Below, one piece after another: positions 35,641 through 46,900 of a stretch of 64,000 bases of DNA; position 1 is the first letter of the stretch, and the number at the start of each line of letters is the position of its first letter. The position numbers and the translations under genes are program-made. Under the pieces are notes generated by a model. The model made no database searches and had not been told where the DNA came from. It worked only from the letters and a program-made list of their open reading frames with translations. This DNA is from Hypanus sabinus. Taxonomy: Eukaryota. The stretch is from assembly GCF_030144855.1 (NCBI RefSeq), contig NC_082739.1:15252001-15316000 (forward strand). Reading direction: 5' to 3'.

Positions 35641-36499
35641 ATAAAAATTAAAAGGTTGTTTCTTTTATATAATGACTTTTTTTTCAAAGTTTATCTTCCA
35701 GAACTGACCACACTGAAATTTATGAGTTGAATAGGAGATCATCAGAAAGGGATCCAGCGTCTCTGTGTCCCCTTACTCATTTTGTCCAGAAATTCTATTT
35801 TCACATCTGACCCCAGCAACATGCTGCTCATGGATTCCAGAAGGGAGGGAATTGCTGCTAAGATACTTCAAGAATCGTGGTTATCTCCTGTGAATCCATC
35901 CTGACAGAACAGAAAATGAATGCTCGATCTTTCCAAATTGCCAGGCTGTCCTGTGTAAATAGTTAAGACAACACCAGACATTAGCAATGTTAGCAACAGC
36001 TGCCTCCAATAGGATTGAAACCTGTTGTTTGATGTCAGAGGTTGACTTGGGTGTCCAGATAAAGCAGACAGATTAATTTCCAGTTTAATTGATAGACAGT
36101 GATATCTCCACCAATTTAAAGAGCTGAAGATCAGAGGATTATGGAGTTCAATAAATCGAACCTGTTGCATTTGCAATGTCACATTAGTAATAAAAGCTGT
36201 TCAACATGCAAGTGATCCCACCAGAGGTACTTGTAAGATAGCAAATCTCGACTGGTCTATCACAGCAGGTCACAAACAGAAATAGATTTTTTTGAGTGTC
36301 TTGAGTCATTACCTCAGATGATGCAGAGTGTAGGTTTTCACAGCTGTTGTGACCTTTAGTGGATGAGCAATGTCATGATGGAGCTATGATCAATTCCTCT
36401 AATTGTGCCTTTAGGGGAAGAAGCAACATCAGCAGATCAAGTGGAAGCTTGTTTATTACTAGTTTTGATTCTGGTTGGCCAGTCTTGATTTCCATGGTA

Positions 36500-37013
36500 A
36501 CACATACAAACAAACTGGATGAACTCAGCAGGTCGGGCAGCATCCGTGGAAACGAGCAGTCAACGTTTCGGGCCGAGACCCTTCGTCAGGACTGAAGAGG
36601 GAGGGGGCAGGGGCCCTATAAAGAAGGTGGGGGGAGGGTGGCAGGTGCCAGTTGAGAGACCAACAAGAGGAAGGATCAAGGGGTGGGGGAGAGGACGCAG
36701 GGAGGGGATAGGCAGGAAAAGTGAAGAAGGAATGTAAGGGACTAAGGCACTTTGTGTAGTAGAAGAAGGCAGAATCATGAGAGAGGTGATAGGCAGCTGG
36801 AGGAGGAGGCAGAGTGAAACTGGGATGGGGGAAGGGAGGGGGAGGGAATTACCGGAAGTTAGAGAATTCAATGTTCATGCCAAGGGGCTGGAGACTACCC
36901 AGACGGTGTATGAGGTGTTGCTCCTTCAACCTGAGTTTGGCCTCATCATGGCAGTAGAGGAGGCCATGTATGGACATATCTGAATGGGAATGTGAAGCAG
37001 AGTTGAAGTGGGT
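36500..37013 (-). mobile_element. Young Penelope-like 3' end and pLTR
   Basis: GIY-YIG C-terminal remnant (RLKEQHLIYRLGSLQPLGMNIEFSNF on the minus strand) followed by a pyrimidine-rich UTR and pLTR. Confidence 0.85.
36557..36594 (-). ncRNA. Candidate minimal type-I hammerhead ribozyme
   Basis: CAGUC-CUGACGA-A-GGGUCUCGGCCC-GAAA-CG-UU-GACUG: 5-bp stem I, stem II hairpin, conserved core, palindromic ACGU in place of stem III, GUU cleavage triplet. Confidence 0.7.
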
Positions 37014-38339
37014 GATGCCTTGAGGTCAGTCTAGCCAGGCTGCATCCCTCTCTAGGCTGTTAACATTTAACCCTCTGCTGTCAAGCACAAGGAAGTAACA
37101 TGGTTAAATGCTGAATGTTTTTCACACTACCATGATACAAATAGGGATTGACTTTCCCACCAAGGTTTTGGAGGGAAATCAGAGTTCTGGACATTTCCCC
37201 AAACCCCCACACACTCTGGATTTGGACTCCATACTGTGTCTCCCCCAGACTTGGGAAACCTGAAACCCATTGTTAACTCTATAAGGTTACATTAAAAATT
37301 CCCAGCCTCATTCCAATATATATTTGGCTACTTCACTTCCTGGGACTCCATACTTACTGCTTTACCTCTGTTAAATCTGGGTGAATTTGAGTATCACAAC
37401 ATTTTTACATTTTACACAACTGAACCCCACCAGTTTCAAGGAATTTGTTTTTATCTGTATAAGCCACCACTCCATTTTCATAGAATTATAGATGCAGGAA
37501 GGCTATTTGGTCCACTGTGTTATTTGATGACTATGAGTAATGTAGTCCAAACCAGCTCTTTCTCCATTACCTTGCAAATCATTCCATTTCTCATGCTGAC
37601 CCAATTCCTCCCAATTTTTTCCACTCATTTCCCTCAATCATGTATGTTCCCTGGACCTTGAACCCAAGTGAATGAAGCAACTTATATCAATTTACTATAT
37701 TTATATCAGTAATGATCTCTACTTCTTCATTAGATCTACTTTCCAACTTCCTTGTTTCCTGGAGAAACCCAGCTTTCCCTGTGGCTAAAAACAACTAATC
37801 CCTGTAACCATAACAAGGAATCTTACCATTGCTTATCCAGGATCTTCACGTTCGATCAAAGTTGGAATGGAAGTTGTAACCCAAACAGCAGCCGTTCCTT
37901 CTCAGACCATGAGAATTGATTTAATGCACTGACCATTTGGTGACCATCACAGATGGAGTCAAGGAGTCAGGGAGCCTGGCAGAAGGCAGAGAGTCCAAAG
38001 CACTATGTTAAGTGTTATTCCACTGGGGCTCAGGTATCCTAACCCCCAGCACATGGCATAACCTCACTGCGATCCTGTCCTTTCCACTCCCGCTATCTTA
38101 TGCAGGTTGCTTATATCAATAATCCATTGACTCAGTAAAGTTGAGTTGACCTGGGCTTCCCTCAGGCTGCTGCCTCCAGCCACGAACATGGAGCTTGTGA
38201 GATCAGCGGCGTAAATACAGATTTAGGTGGGCTGGGTTGCAAACTTATTCATCTCCACTGTTCTGGAGATTTTCTGTGGTTATAGCTTGTAATTGAAATT
38301 TCATTGCAATTTCCTTCTCTCCTTCCTCTTGAAATCATC

Positions 38340-39480
38340 GAATCACAATCAGATTTAATATCACTGGCATATGTCATGAAATTTGTAGTTATGCAGCAGC
38401 AGAACATCTCAATACATAATCAAACTATGAATTACAGTAAGAAGTATGTATACATTTAAAAAGTTAAATGAATAAGCAGTAGAAACATAGAAAACCTACA
38501 GCACAATACAGGCCCTTTGGCCCACAAAAATGTGCCAAACATGTCCCTACCTTAGAAATTACTAGGCTTACCCATAGCCCTCTATTTTACTAAGCTCCAT
38601 GTACCTATCTAAAAGCCTCTTAAAGGACCCTATCATATCTGCCTCCACCACCGTTGCCATCGGCCCATTCCACACACTCACCACTCTCTGATTAAAACAC
38701 TTACCCCTGACATCTCCTCTGTACCTACTACCCAGTACCTTAAACCTGTGTCCTCTTGTGGCAACAATTTCAGCCATGGGAAAAAGCCTTTGACAATCCA
38801 CATGATCAATTCCTCTCATCATCTTATACACCTCTATCAGGTCACCTCTCATCCTCTGTCACTCCAAGGAGAAAAGGCCAAGTTCACTCAACCTATCTCA
38901 TAAGGCATGCTCCCTAATCCAGGCAACATCCTTGTAAATCTCCTCTGCACCCTTTCTATGGCTTCCACATCCTTCCTGTAGTGAGGTGACCAGAACTGAG
39001 CACAGTACTCCAAGTGGGGTCTGACCAGGGTCCTATATAGCTGCGACATTACCTCTCGGCTCCTAAATTCAATTTCACGATTGATGAAGGCCAATGCACC
39101 ATACGCCTTCTTAACCACAGAGTCAACCTGTGCAGCTGCTTTGAGCGTCCTATTGACTCGGACCCCAAGATCCCTCTGATTCTCCACACTACTAAGAGTC
39201 TTACCGTAGGACTCTTTGCCAAGAGTAGTGCAAAAATAGAGAAAAAAAGTAGTGAGGTAGTGTTCATGGGTTCAATGTCCATTCAGAAATCAGATGGCAG
39301 AGGGGAAGGATCTACTCCTCAATCATTGAGTGTGTGCCTTCAGGCTCCTGTATCACCTCCCTGATGGCAGCAATGAGAATCATGCCTATCTTGGGTGATG
39401 GGGGTCCTTAATGACAGATGCCACCTTTTTGAGGCATCGTTCCTCGAAGATGTCCCGGATGCTGGGGAGGCTCGTGACTG
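38340..39480 (-). mobile_element. Rex1/Babar-type LINE 3' fragment split by CR1
   Basis: GAATCA tail at 38340; UTR resumes at ~39224 AGTAGTGCAAAA. Confidence 0.8.
38483..39223 (-). mobile_element. Young CR1 LINE 3' fragment
   Basis: ORFs 38888-39187 and 38568-38852, near-identical to 26500-27250. Confidence 0.92.
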
Positions 39481-39582
39481 AGTTTACTTTACCTCATCGT
39501 TCATTCTTCAAGTTTACACATCCAGTGAAATTATCGTGGCAAATCAGAGTAACTCCAAGGAAATCCCTTTTCTGACTGGGAA

Positions 39583-39854
39583 TGAGATGCTGGAATCTGG
39601 AGCAAAAAAAAATCTGCCGGAGGACCTCAGCAAGTCAGGCAGCGTCTGAGGAGACAAAGGGATGGTTGATGTTTGGGTCCAAACCTTGCATCATAATTGA
39701 GGGTAAAGGAAAGATAGCTAGCATAGATAGGCAGATGGAGCTAGGTGGGGTGGTGGGGGCTGGTTAGAGAAGACTGCTGGGTGATCATAGGAAATGGAAA
39801 AGGGAGGGAAGATAGGCAGGTGGAATCATATGGGGATTGGAAGTCTAAAGGAGA
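39583..39854 (-). mobile_element. Penelope pLTR/3'UTR (diverged), left of the gap
   Basis: GATGCTGGAATCTGGAGCAA..GGAGGACCTCAGCAAGTCAGGCAGC followed by a purine-rich tract. Confidence 0.65.
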
Positions 39855-39997
39855 NNNNNNNNNNNNNNNNNNNNNNNNNNNNNNNNNNNNNNNNNNNNNN
39901 NNNNNNNNNNNNNNNNNNNNNNNNNNNNNNNNNNNNNNNNNNNNNNNNNNNNNNNNNNNNNNNNNNNNNNNNNNNNNNNNNNNNNNNNNNNNNNNNN
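39855..39997. other. Assembly gap (143 N)
   Basis: Run of N. Confidence 1.
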
Positions 39998-40815
39998 GGA
40001 ACAGTCGTGCTGCTTCTTTTATCACCTTTGCTACTAATTTCCATTTTGCCCAGACTCAAATTCTCCTGGACCATTTCTGACCTTTCTCTTCCTTTCCTGG
40101 ACCTTTCAGTCTCCATCTCTAGAATAAACCCACTGACTCACACAGCAACTGTGACCCTACCTCCTCCCAGTCTCTCTCCTGTAAAGACAAAATCCCTTTC
40201 TCTCACTTCTCTGTCTTCACCACATCTGCTCTCAAGATAAGGGTTTCCATTCTCCGGGTCCTCTGAAATGCCCCTTTTTCAGGATATGTAGCTTCCCCTC
40301 CACTGCAGCTGATTGATACCTCACTTGCATTTCCCCTTTTCCCCTCAGACAGAACAGAGAAAGAGTTCAAACACAAACAAGAGAAAATCTGCTGATGCTG
40401 GAAATCCAAGCAACACACACAAAATACTGGAGGAGTTAGAGTTCCCCTGGTTCTAACCTTTCACCCTTGTCTCTTCTCTATATCATCCTTGGCCATTTCC
40501 ATTGGTTGAAATGAGATCCCACCACAAGTCACACCTTCCTCTCTTCCTTCTTTCTGCTTTCCACAAAGACAATGATCTCTATGACTTTCTAGTCCACTCA
40601 CCCACTTTCCTGTGCCCTTCTACTTTCTCATGCAACTGTAGAAGGTGCAACGCATCCTTATACCTCCTTCCTCTCCACCATACAGAGATTCCCCCTGTAC
40701 CTTCCCCAATCTCACAAACTGCATTCTGTACTTGTGATATATCCTCCTCTACATCAGGCACAGACTAAAGACCATTTTGCAGAATACCTATGCTCTGCCT
40801 ACGGTAGCCATCATG
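39998..40815 (+). mobile_element. Penelope-like ORF remnant with a nested pLTR fragment (~40370-40436)
   Basis: FITFATNFH..LKFSWTISDLSLPFLDLSVSIS..ICSQD..RVPLVLTFHP; nested piece flanked by AGAGTT repeats. Confidence 0.75.
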
Positions 40816-41460
40816 AGGTTCTCATGATATCTCAGTGACATGTGCACACTATAAATGTTTCAGTGGCAGGTGATTTTGCCCTGTGGTTGATAAGTAGCAT
40901 TCATAAGGATCAATTGTGCTGGCTCATGTTATGTCGTCTCATCGAATTGCAGCCTCAAGAAAAATTGTGCTTAGTAAAGTGTGTCAGCAATTAAACCATA
41001 AGACCATAAGACATAGGAGCCGAATTAGGCCATTTGGCCCATCGAGTCTGCTCCACCATTCAATCATGGCTGATCCTTTTGCTGCCATTGACAAGCTAAT
41101 GCATGACATTTTTGACAGATGACAAGGTGAGTCACAGCCAGTGTGAAAGATCTCACACACCTGACTTCCTCAAAGCAGGTACAAAGAATCCACAAAAGAG
41201 CTAGTAAATAGATTCAGGATTCTGCCATCATTGACTCTTGATACCTGCATTCTCACCAGCAATCACTTATGCTACCATAAGTGAACTTTTTACAAGATTA
41301 CTTTTTGTGCTGAAGGGAATTACAAATGTGGTCCATTAGCAAAGAATTGCAAGCAGATGGGAAGACTGAATGGATACTTTATCATAAAGTGTCTTTTCGC
41401 CTTCTTTCTTGCAAAAGTCAAATATCAGTAACTAATGTACCTCTTCATATACTTGAGATT

Positions 41461-41645
41461 GCCAGCTGGTGGTGTAGTAGTATCAGCACTGGACTTCAAG
41501 ACAAGTGGTCCAAAGTTCGAATCTGGCTGGCTCCTTGCCCACGCTTTCACCTCAGCCTTGCAAAAAGCAGCCAACTACTGTTTGGAAATGGCAAAAATGC
41601 CGCCCAGTGCACCACAAGGAGTGAAATGGAGTGAAATTAACATAG
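41461..41645 (+). mobile_element. tRNA-derived SINE
   Basis: A-box TGGTGTAGTAG and B-box GTTCGAATC; related to 34096-34310. Confidence 0.7.
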
Positions 41646-42264
41646 TTAAGATCGATTCAGTTAACAAACTTTAATTTCCATATTTAAAAAACTTACAGAT
41701 TTATCATGATAACAAAAGTGGATTTTACTATTCTGCACAGTATACCTGATCTCACTGTGCTTGTACAGATACAGAAACCCTATGCGAAATGCAACATTAA
41801 TCATGATAGAAGACTTGCTGAAACTTAGGGCATTTCCATAGTTGGGCTGCTCAGATTACAAAAGGTAGAAATATGTCTCTGGTTGCTGCTCAATAAGGTA
41901 TTTGATGCCCAGGATGCTCTGCTCCTGACATCAGCTGGCTGGTACGATGACATTCATTTAGCTCCAGTGAAGAATAACAGTGGCTGTCCAAAGGGGTTGT
42001 ATTGTCAGTCATATTGGAGCAAGAGTTCGTCAGTTTTCAAGGAACTCAGAAATTGTAATTGTCTTTCCTTTGACAATCTTTAGGCTTTTAAAATCCACTC
42101 CTGGTTGATCATTCCTCTTTGATTTATCGTGTCTTCACTTCTCTTTTGACATTGCCAATGTCTTGCCCAAGGAATGCTAAGTTTACATTTGCTTTTTCAA
42201 TATGTGGCAGACATTTTATGAAATCAGTGATGCCCATCCACAAAGAATGGTTTGACATTTCTTT

Positions 42265-42502
42265 AGGAATTTCTTTAGCCCGAGGGTGGTGAATCATTGC
42301 CATGGACGGCTGTGGAGGCCAAATCATTGGGAATATATAAAGTGGAGGTTGATAGGTTCTTGATTAGTAAGAGTGACAAAGGTTATGGGCCAAGGCAGGA
42401 GCATGGGTTTGAGAGGGATAATAAATCAGCCATGATCAAAAGGTGAAGCAGACTCGATGGGCTGAATAGCCTAATTCTGCTTCTATGTTTTATGGTCTTA
42501 TG
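42265..42502 (+). mobile_element. CR1 3' end fragment
   Basis: RVVN..VEAKSLG.YKVEVDRFL; GACTCGATGGGCTGAATAGCCT..TTATGGTCTTATGG tail. Confidence 0.8.
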
Positions 42503-43109
42503 GACATTGTACATACGTGGAATAATTCTAACATTACAATTGTTATGTTGAGTAAGCTATGTTGTCTTCTTTGATCAGGATTTTTGCACAGTAGTTGTCA
42601 TAATAGATCCAGATCTGTGGAAATGTCACTGAGAGAAAATGACAACAGCAGGAAATGATGGGAGGGTTCACATGCTCTTTAATACCTCTGTGAACTTCTA
42701 TTCAAATGCCACTCATTAAAGGTGATAATTACCTGTTCAAAAAATAACCTATTTCAACACATATCTCAGCTAAAATAACTGAGCCCTCTATTTGCATTCA
42801 GTATTACCTATCTGAGTTGCAATTGTCAATTTTAATATTTGCGTATTGTTGCAGTCTCTGCAGCTGGACATGAATACTGAAATTTTCCTCTTTCTAACCA
42901 ATCTAAGGGATAATGTTTGATGAGCCATTTTATCCTTCCTTCTGCAACGGAGTTTAGTTTTCTGTTTCCTCCGTCCAGTCTATCTAGTGAGAATAAATTC
43001 ATTGTACAATACAAAAATAAACCAAGGATTAATTATTTAATTATTAGACTCTGTTGAAAAGTTAAAGCTATTCTCAGAGAGGGATGATGTACAAAGAGTT
43101 TACAATCTG

Positions 43110-43830
43110 AGGAGTAACACGTACTAAACGCTGGAGGAACTCTGCAGGTCAGGCAGCATCTATGGAAAAGAATAAGCAATTGATATTTTCGAAGTAGAAT
43201 CAAAATTCAGAATCAGGTTTATTATCACCAGTATGTAACATGTAACTTGTTAACTTAGCAGCAGCAGTTCAATACAATACACATTACTGTATACACATTG
43301 AATAGATTAAAAATTGTGCAAAAGACAGAAACACTATATATTAAAAAAAGTGAGGCAGGTAGTGTCCAAAGGTTCAATGTCCATTTAGGAATCGGATGGC
43401 AGAGGGGAAGAAGCTGTTCCTGAATCACTGAGTGTGTGCCTTCAGGCTTCTGTACCTCCTCCCTGATGGTAACAGTGAGAAAAAGGCATGCCCTGGCTGT
43501 TGAAGGTCCTTAACAATGGAAGCTGCCTTTCTGAGACACTGCTCCTTGAAGATGTCCTGGGTACTTTGTAGGCTAGTACCCAAGATGGAGCCGACTAGAT
43601 TTACCACCCTCTGCAGCTTCTTTCGGTCCTGTGCAGTAGCCATCACCCCCCCCCCCCCCTCCCAAAACCCCTTCATACCAGACAGCGATGTTGCCTGTCA
43701 GAATGCTCTCCATGGTACATCTACAGATGTTTTTGAGTGTATTTGTTGTCATACCAAATCTCTTCGAACTCCTAATGAAGTATAGTCACTGTCTCGGGTG
43801 TCAGGTCAAAACCCCTCAATATGAGGAAAG
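43110..43830 (-). mobile_element. Penelope pLTR (43110-43191 plus ~43801-43830) split by a Rex1/Babar LINE fragment (~43195-43797)
   Basis: pLTR breaks at ..TTGATATTTTCG and resumes as TCAGGTCAAAACCCCTCAAT; Rex ORF 43425-43676 lies between. Confidence 0.75.
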
Positions 43831-43946
43831 ACTTTGATAGATCAGAGAGTGTCTGTTTTGTCTAGTAAGTGACCAATAGCAAGATCAAAAATCACAGGTG
43901 AAGAGTCTGGAGAGGAGTTAAGGAGAATTAGTTTGCACTTGTTGGC

Positions 43947-46900
43947 ATCAGAATCAGAATCAGTTTTAACATTACCAAGTTATGTCGAGAAATTTGTTTG
44001 TTTTATTGCAGCATTACATTGCAATACATGATTAAAAAAAACTATAAGTCACAATACAAAATATAAAAATTAAAATAAGTAAGTTGTGCAAAAATACAGC
44101 ATGAAAGAAGAAGGAAAAAAAAGTGAGGTACTGTAGTGTACATAGATTCATTGTCCATTCAGATATCTGACGGTGGAAGGGAAAAAGCTGTTCCTAAAAC
44201 ATTGAGAGTGTGTTTTCAGGCTCTTGTACCTCCTCCATGATGGTAGAAATGGGTAGAGGGCATGTTCTGGGTGATGGGAGTCCTTAATGACATGTTGCTG
44301 TGTCACCACTTAGCCAGCTGATCTATCTCACTGCTATACGCTTGCTTGTCACCATCTGAGACTCTCCAGCAATAGTTGTGTCAATGGCAAATTTATAGAT
44401 GCATTTAAACTGTGCCTAGCCACACAATTGTGGGTGTAGAGAGAATGAAGCAGAGGGCTAAGCACGCATCTTTGAGATGCACCAGTGTTGATTGTCAGAA
44501 GAGGAGATGCTATTTCCGTTCTACACTGACTGTGGTCTCCTGGTGAGGAAGTCAAAGATCCAGTTGTAGAAGGGGGTAATGAGGGCCAGGTTTTGGAGCT
44601 TGTTGACTTCTACTGAAGGAACGATGCAGTTGAACACCTAGCTGTAGTCAATAAACAGCGGCCTGACGTAGGCATTTCTATTGTTTACATGATCCGAGGT
44701 CGAGTGGAGAGCCAGTGAGATTGCATCTGCTGTAGACCCATTTTGGCGATAGGCAAATTGCAGTGGGTCCAGGTCCTTCAGCAGGAATTGGTTCTGGCCA
44801 TGACCAACCTCTCAAAGCAGCTCATCACAGTAGATGTGAGTGTTACTCATTGAGGCAGCTCACCCTGCTCTTCTTGGGTACTGGCATGATTGTTGCCCTT
44901 TCCAAGCAGGTGCGAACCTCTGACTGCAGCAGTGAGAGATTGAAGATGTCCTTTGACACTCATGCCAGTTAGTTGGCACAGGTTTTCAGAGCATTACCAA
45001 GTACACCATTAGGGCCTGATGCCTTGCGAGGGTTCACCCTCATGAAAACTGTTCTGACATCAGCTACCAATACAGAGATTACAGAATCATCAGACGCTGC
45101 AGAGATTTGCAGAGGTATAGTGTTATTCTCCCTTTCAAAACATGCCTTAAAGGCATTTATCTCATCTGGGAGTGAAGCATCACAGCCATTGATGATGTTA
45201 GACCATAAAACTATAAGACCATAAGATATAGGAGCAAAATTAGGCCATTCACCCATCGAGTCTGCTCTGCCATTCTATCATGGCTGACCCCAGATCCCAC
45301 GCAATCCCATCCACCTGCCTTCTCACCATATCCTTTGATGCCCTGACAATCAGGAAACAATCAACTTCCATCTTAAGTATACCCACGGACATGGCCTCCA
45401 CCGCAGTCTGTGGCAGAGCATTCCACAGGTTCACTACTCTCTGGCTAAAAAAAAATTCCTCCTTACCTCTGTTCTAAAAGGTTGCCCCACAATTTTAAGG
45501 CTTTGCCCTCCAGTTCTAGATATCTCCACCAAAGGAAACATCCTCTCCACATCCACCTTATCTAGTCCTTTCAACATTCAGTAGGTTTCAATGAGATCCC
45601 CCCACATTCTTCTAAATTCCAGTCTGTACAGGCCCAAAGCTGTCAAACAATCCTCACATGTTAACCCCTTCATTCCCAGAATCATCCTCATGAACCTCCT
45701 CTGGACTCACTCCAATGACAACACATCCTTTCTGAGATATGGGGCCCAAAATTGCCAACAATACTCCAACTGCGGCTTGACTATTGCTTTATAAAGCCTT
45801 AGCATTATCGCCTTGCTTTTATATTCTATTCCCCTTGAAATAAATGCCAACATTGTATTTGCCTTCTTTAGCACAGACTCAACCTGTAAATTAACCTTCT
45901 GGGAGTCTTACACAAGGACTCCCAAGTTCCTCTGCATGTCTGATGTTTGAACCTTCTCCCCAGTTAGATGATAGTCTGCACTATTGTTCCTTTTACCAAA
46001 ATGTATTATCATACATTTCCCAACACTGTATTCCATTTGCCACCATTTCTGCCCATTCTTCCGATTTGTCTAAGTCATGCTGCAATTGAATTGCTTCCTC
46101 GACACTACCTACTCCTCCACCTATCTTCATATCATTTGCAAACTTTGCCACAAAGCCTTCAGTTCCATTATCCAAATCACTGACAAACAATGTGAGAAGT
46201 AGTGATCCCAATACTGGCCCCTGAGGAACACCACTAGTCACCGGCAGCCAACCAGAAAAGATCCCTTTTATTCCTACTCACTGCCTCCTGCCTGTCAGGC
46301 ATTCCTCTATCCACTGGCCTATAAATTCCTTTCTTTTGCCTTCCTCCCTTCTTAAAGAGTGGAGTGACATTTGCAATCTTCCAGTCCTCCGGGATCATGT
46401 GATTCTTGAAAGATCATGACCAATGCATCTGTTATCTCTTCAGCAACCTCTCTCAGGACTCTGGGATATAGTCCATCTGGTTCAGGTGACTTATCCACCT
46501 TAAGACCTTTGAGTCCTTTGTAATAGCAATGGCACTCACTCCAGCTCACACACATTCTGGTACACTGCCGGTTTCTTCCATAGTGAAGACTGAAGAAAAG
46601 TACCCATTAAGTTCATCTGCCATTTCTTTGTCCCCCATTACTACCTCACCAGCATCATTTTCCAATATCAACTCTCACTTCCCTTTTGCTCTTTATATAA
46701 CTGAAAAAAAAACTTTGTGTCCTGCCTCATATTATTGGCTAGTTTGTCCTCATATTTTATCTTTTCCCTTCTTATAGCTTTTTTTAGTTGCCTTATGTTG
46801 GATTTCAAAAGCTTCCCAATCATCCAACTTCCCATTCACTTTTGCCAACTTATATGTCCTTCCCTTAGCTTTTATGCAGTCCTTAACTTTCCACGGTTGC

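Noticed and set aside
39741-40240. ORFs spanning 39741-40240
   Set aside because: Artefacts of translating through the N gap
41461-41535. tRNA gene
   Set aside because: A/B boxes are present but the cloverleaf is degraded and it continues into a SINE body shared with 34096-34310
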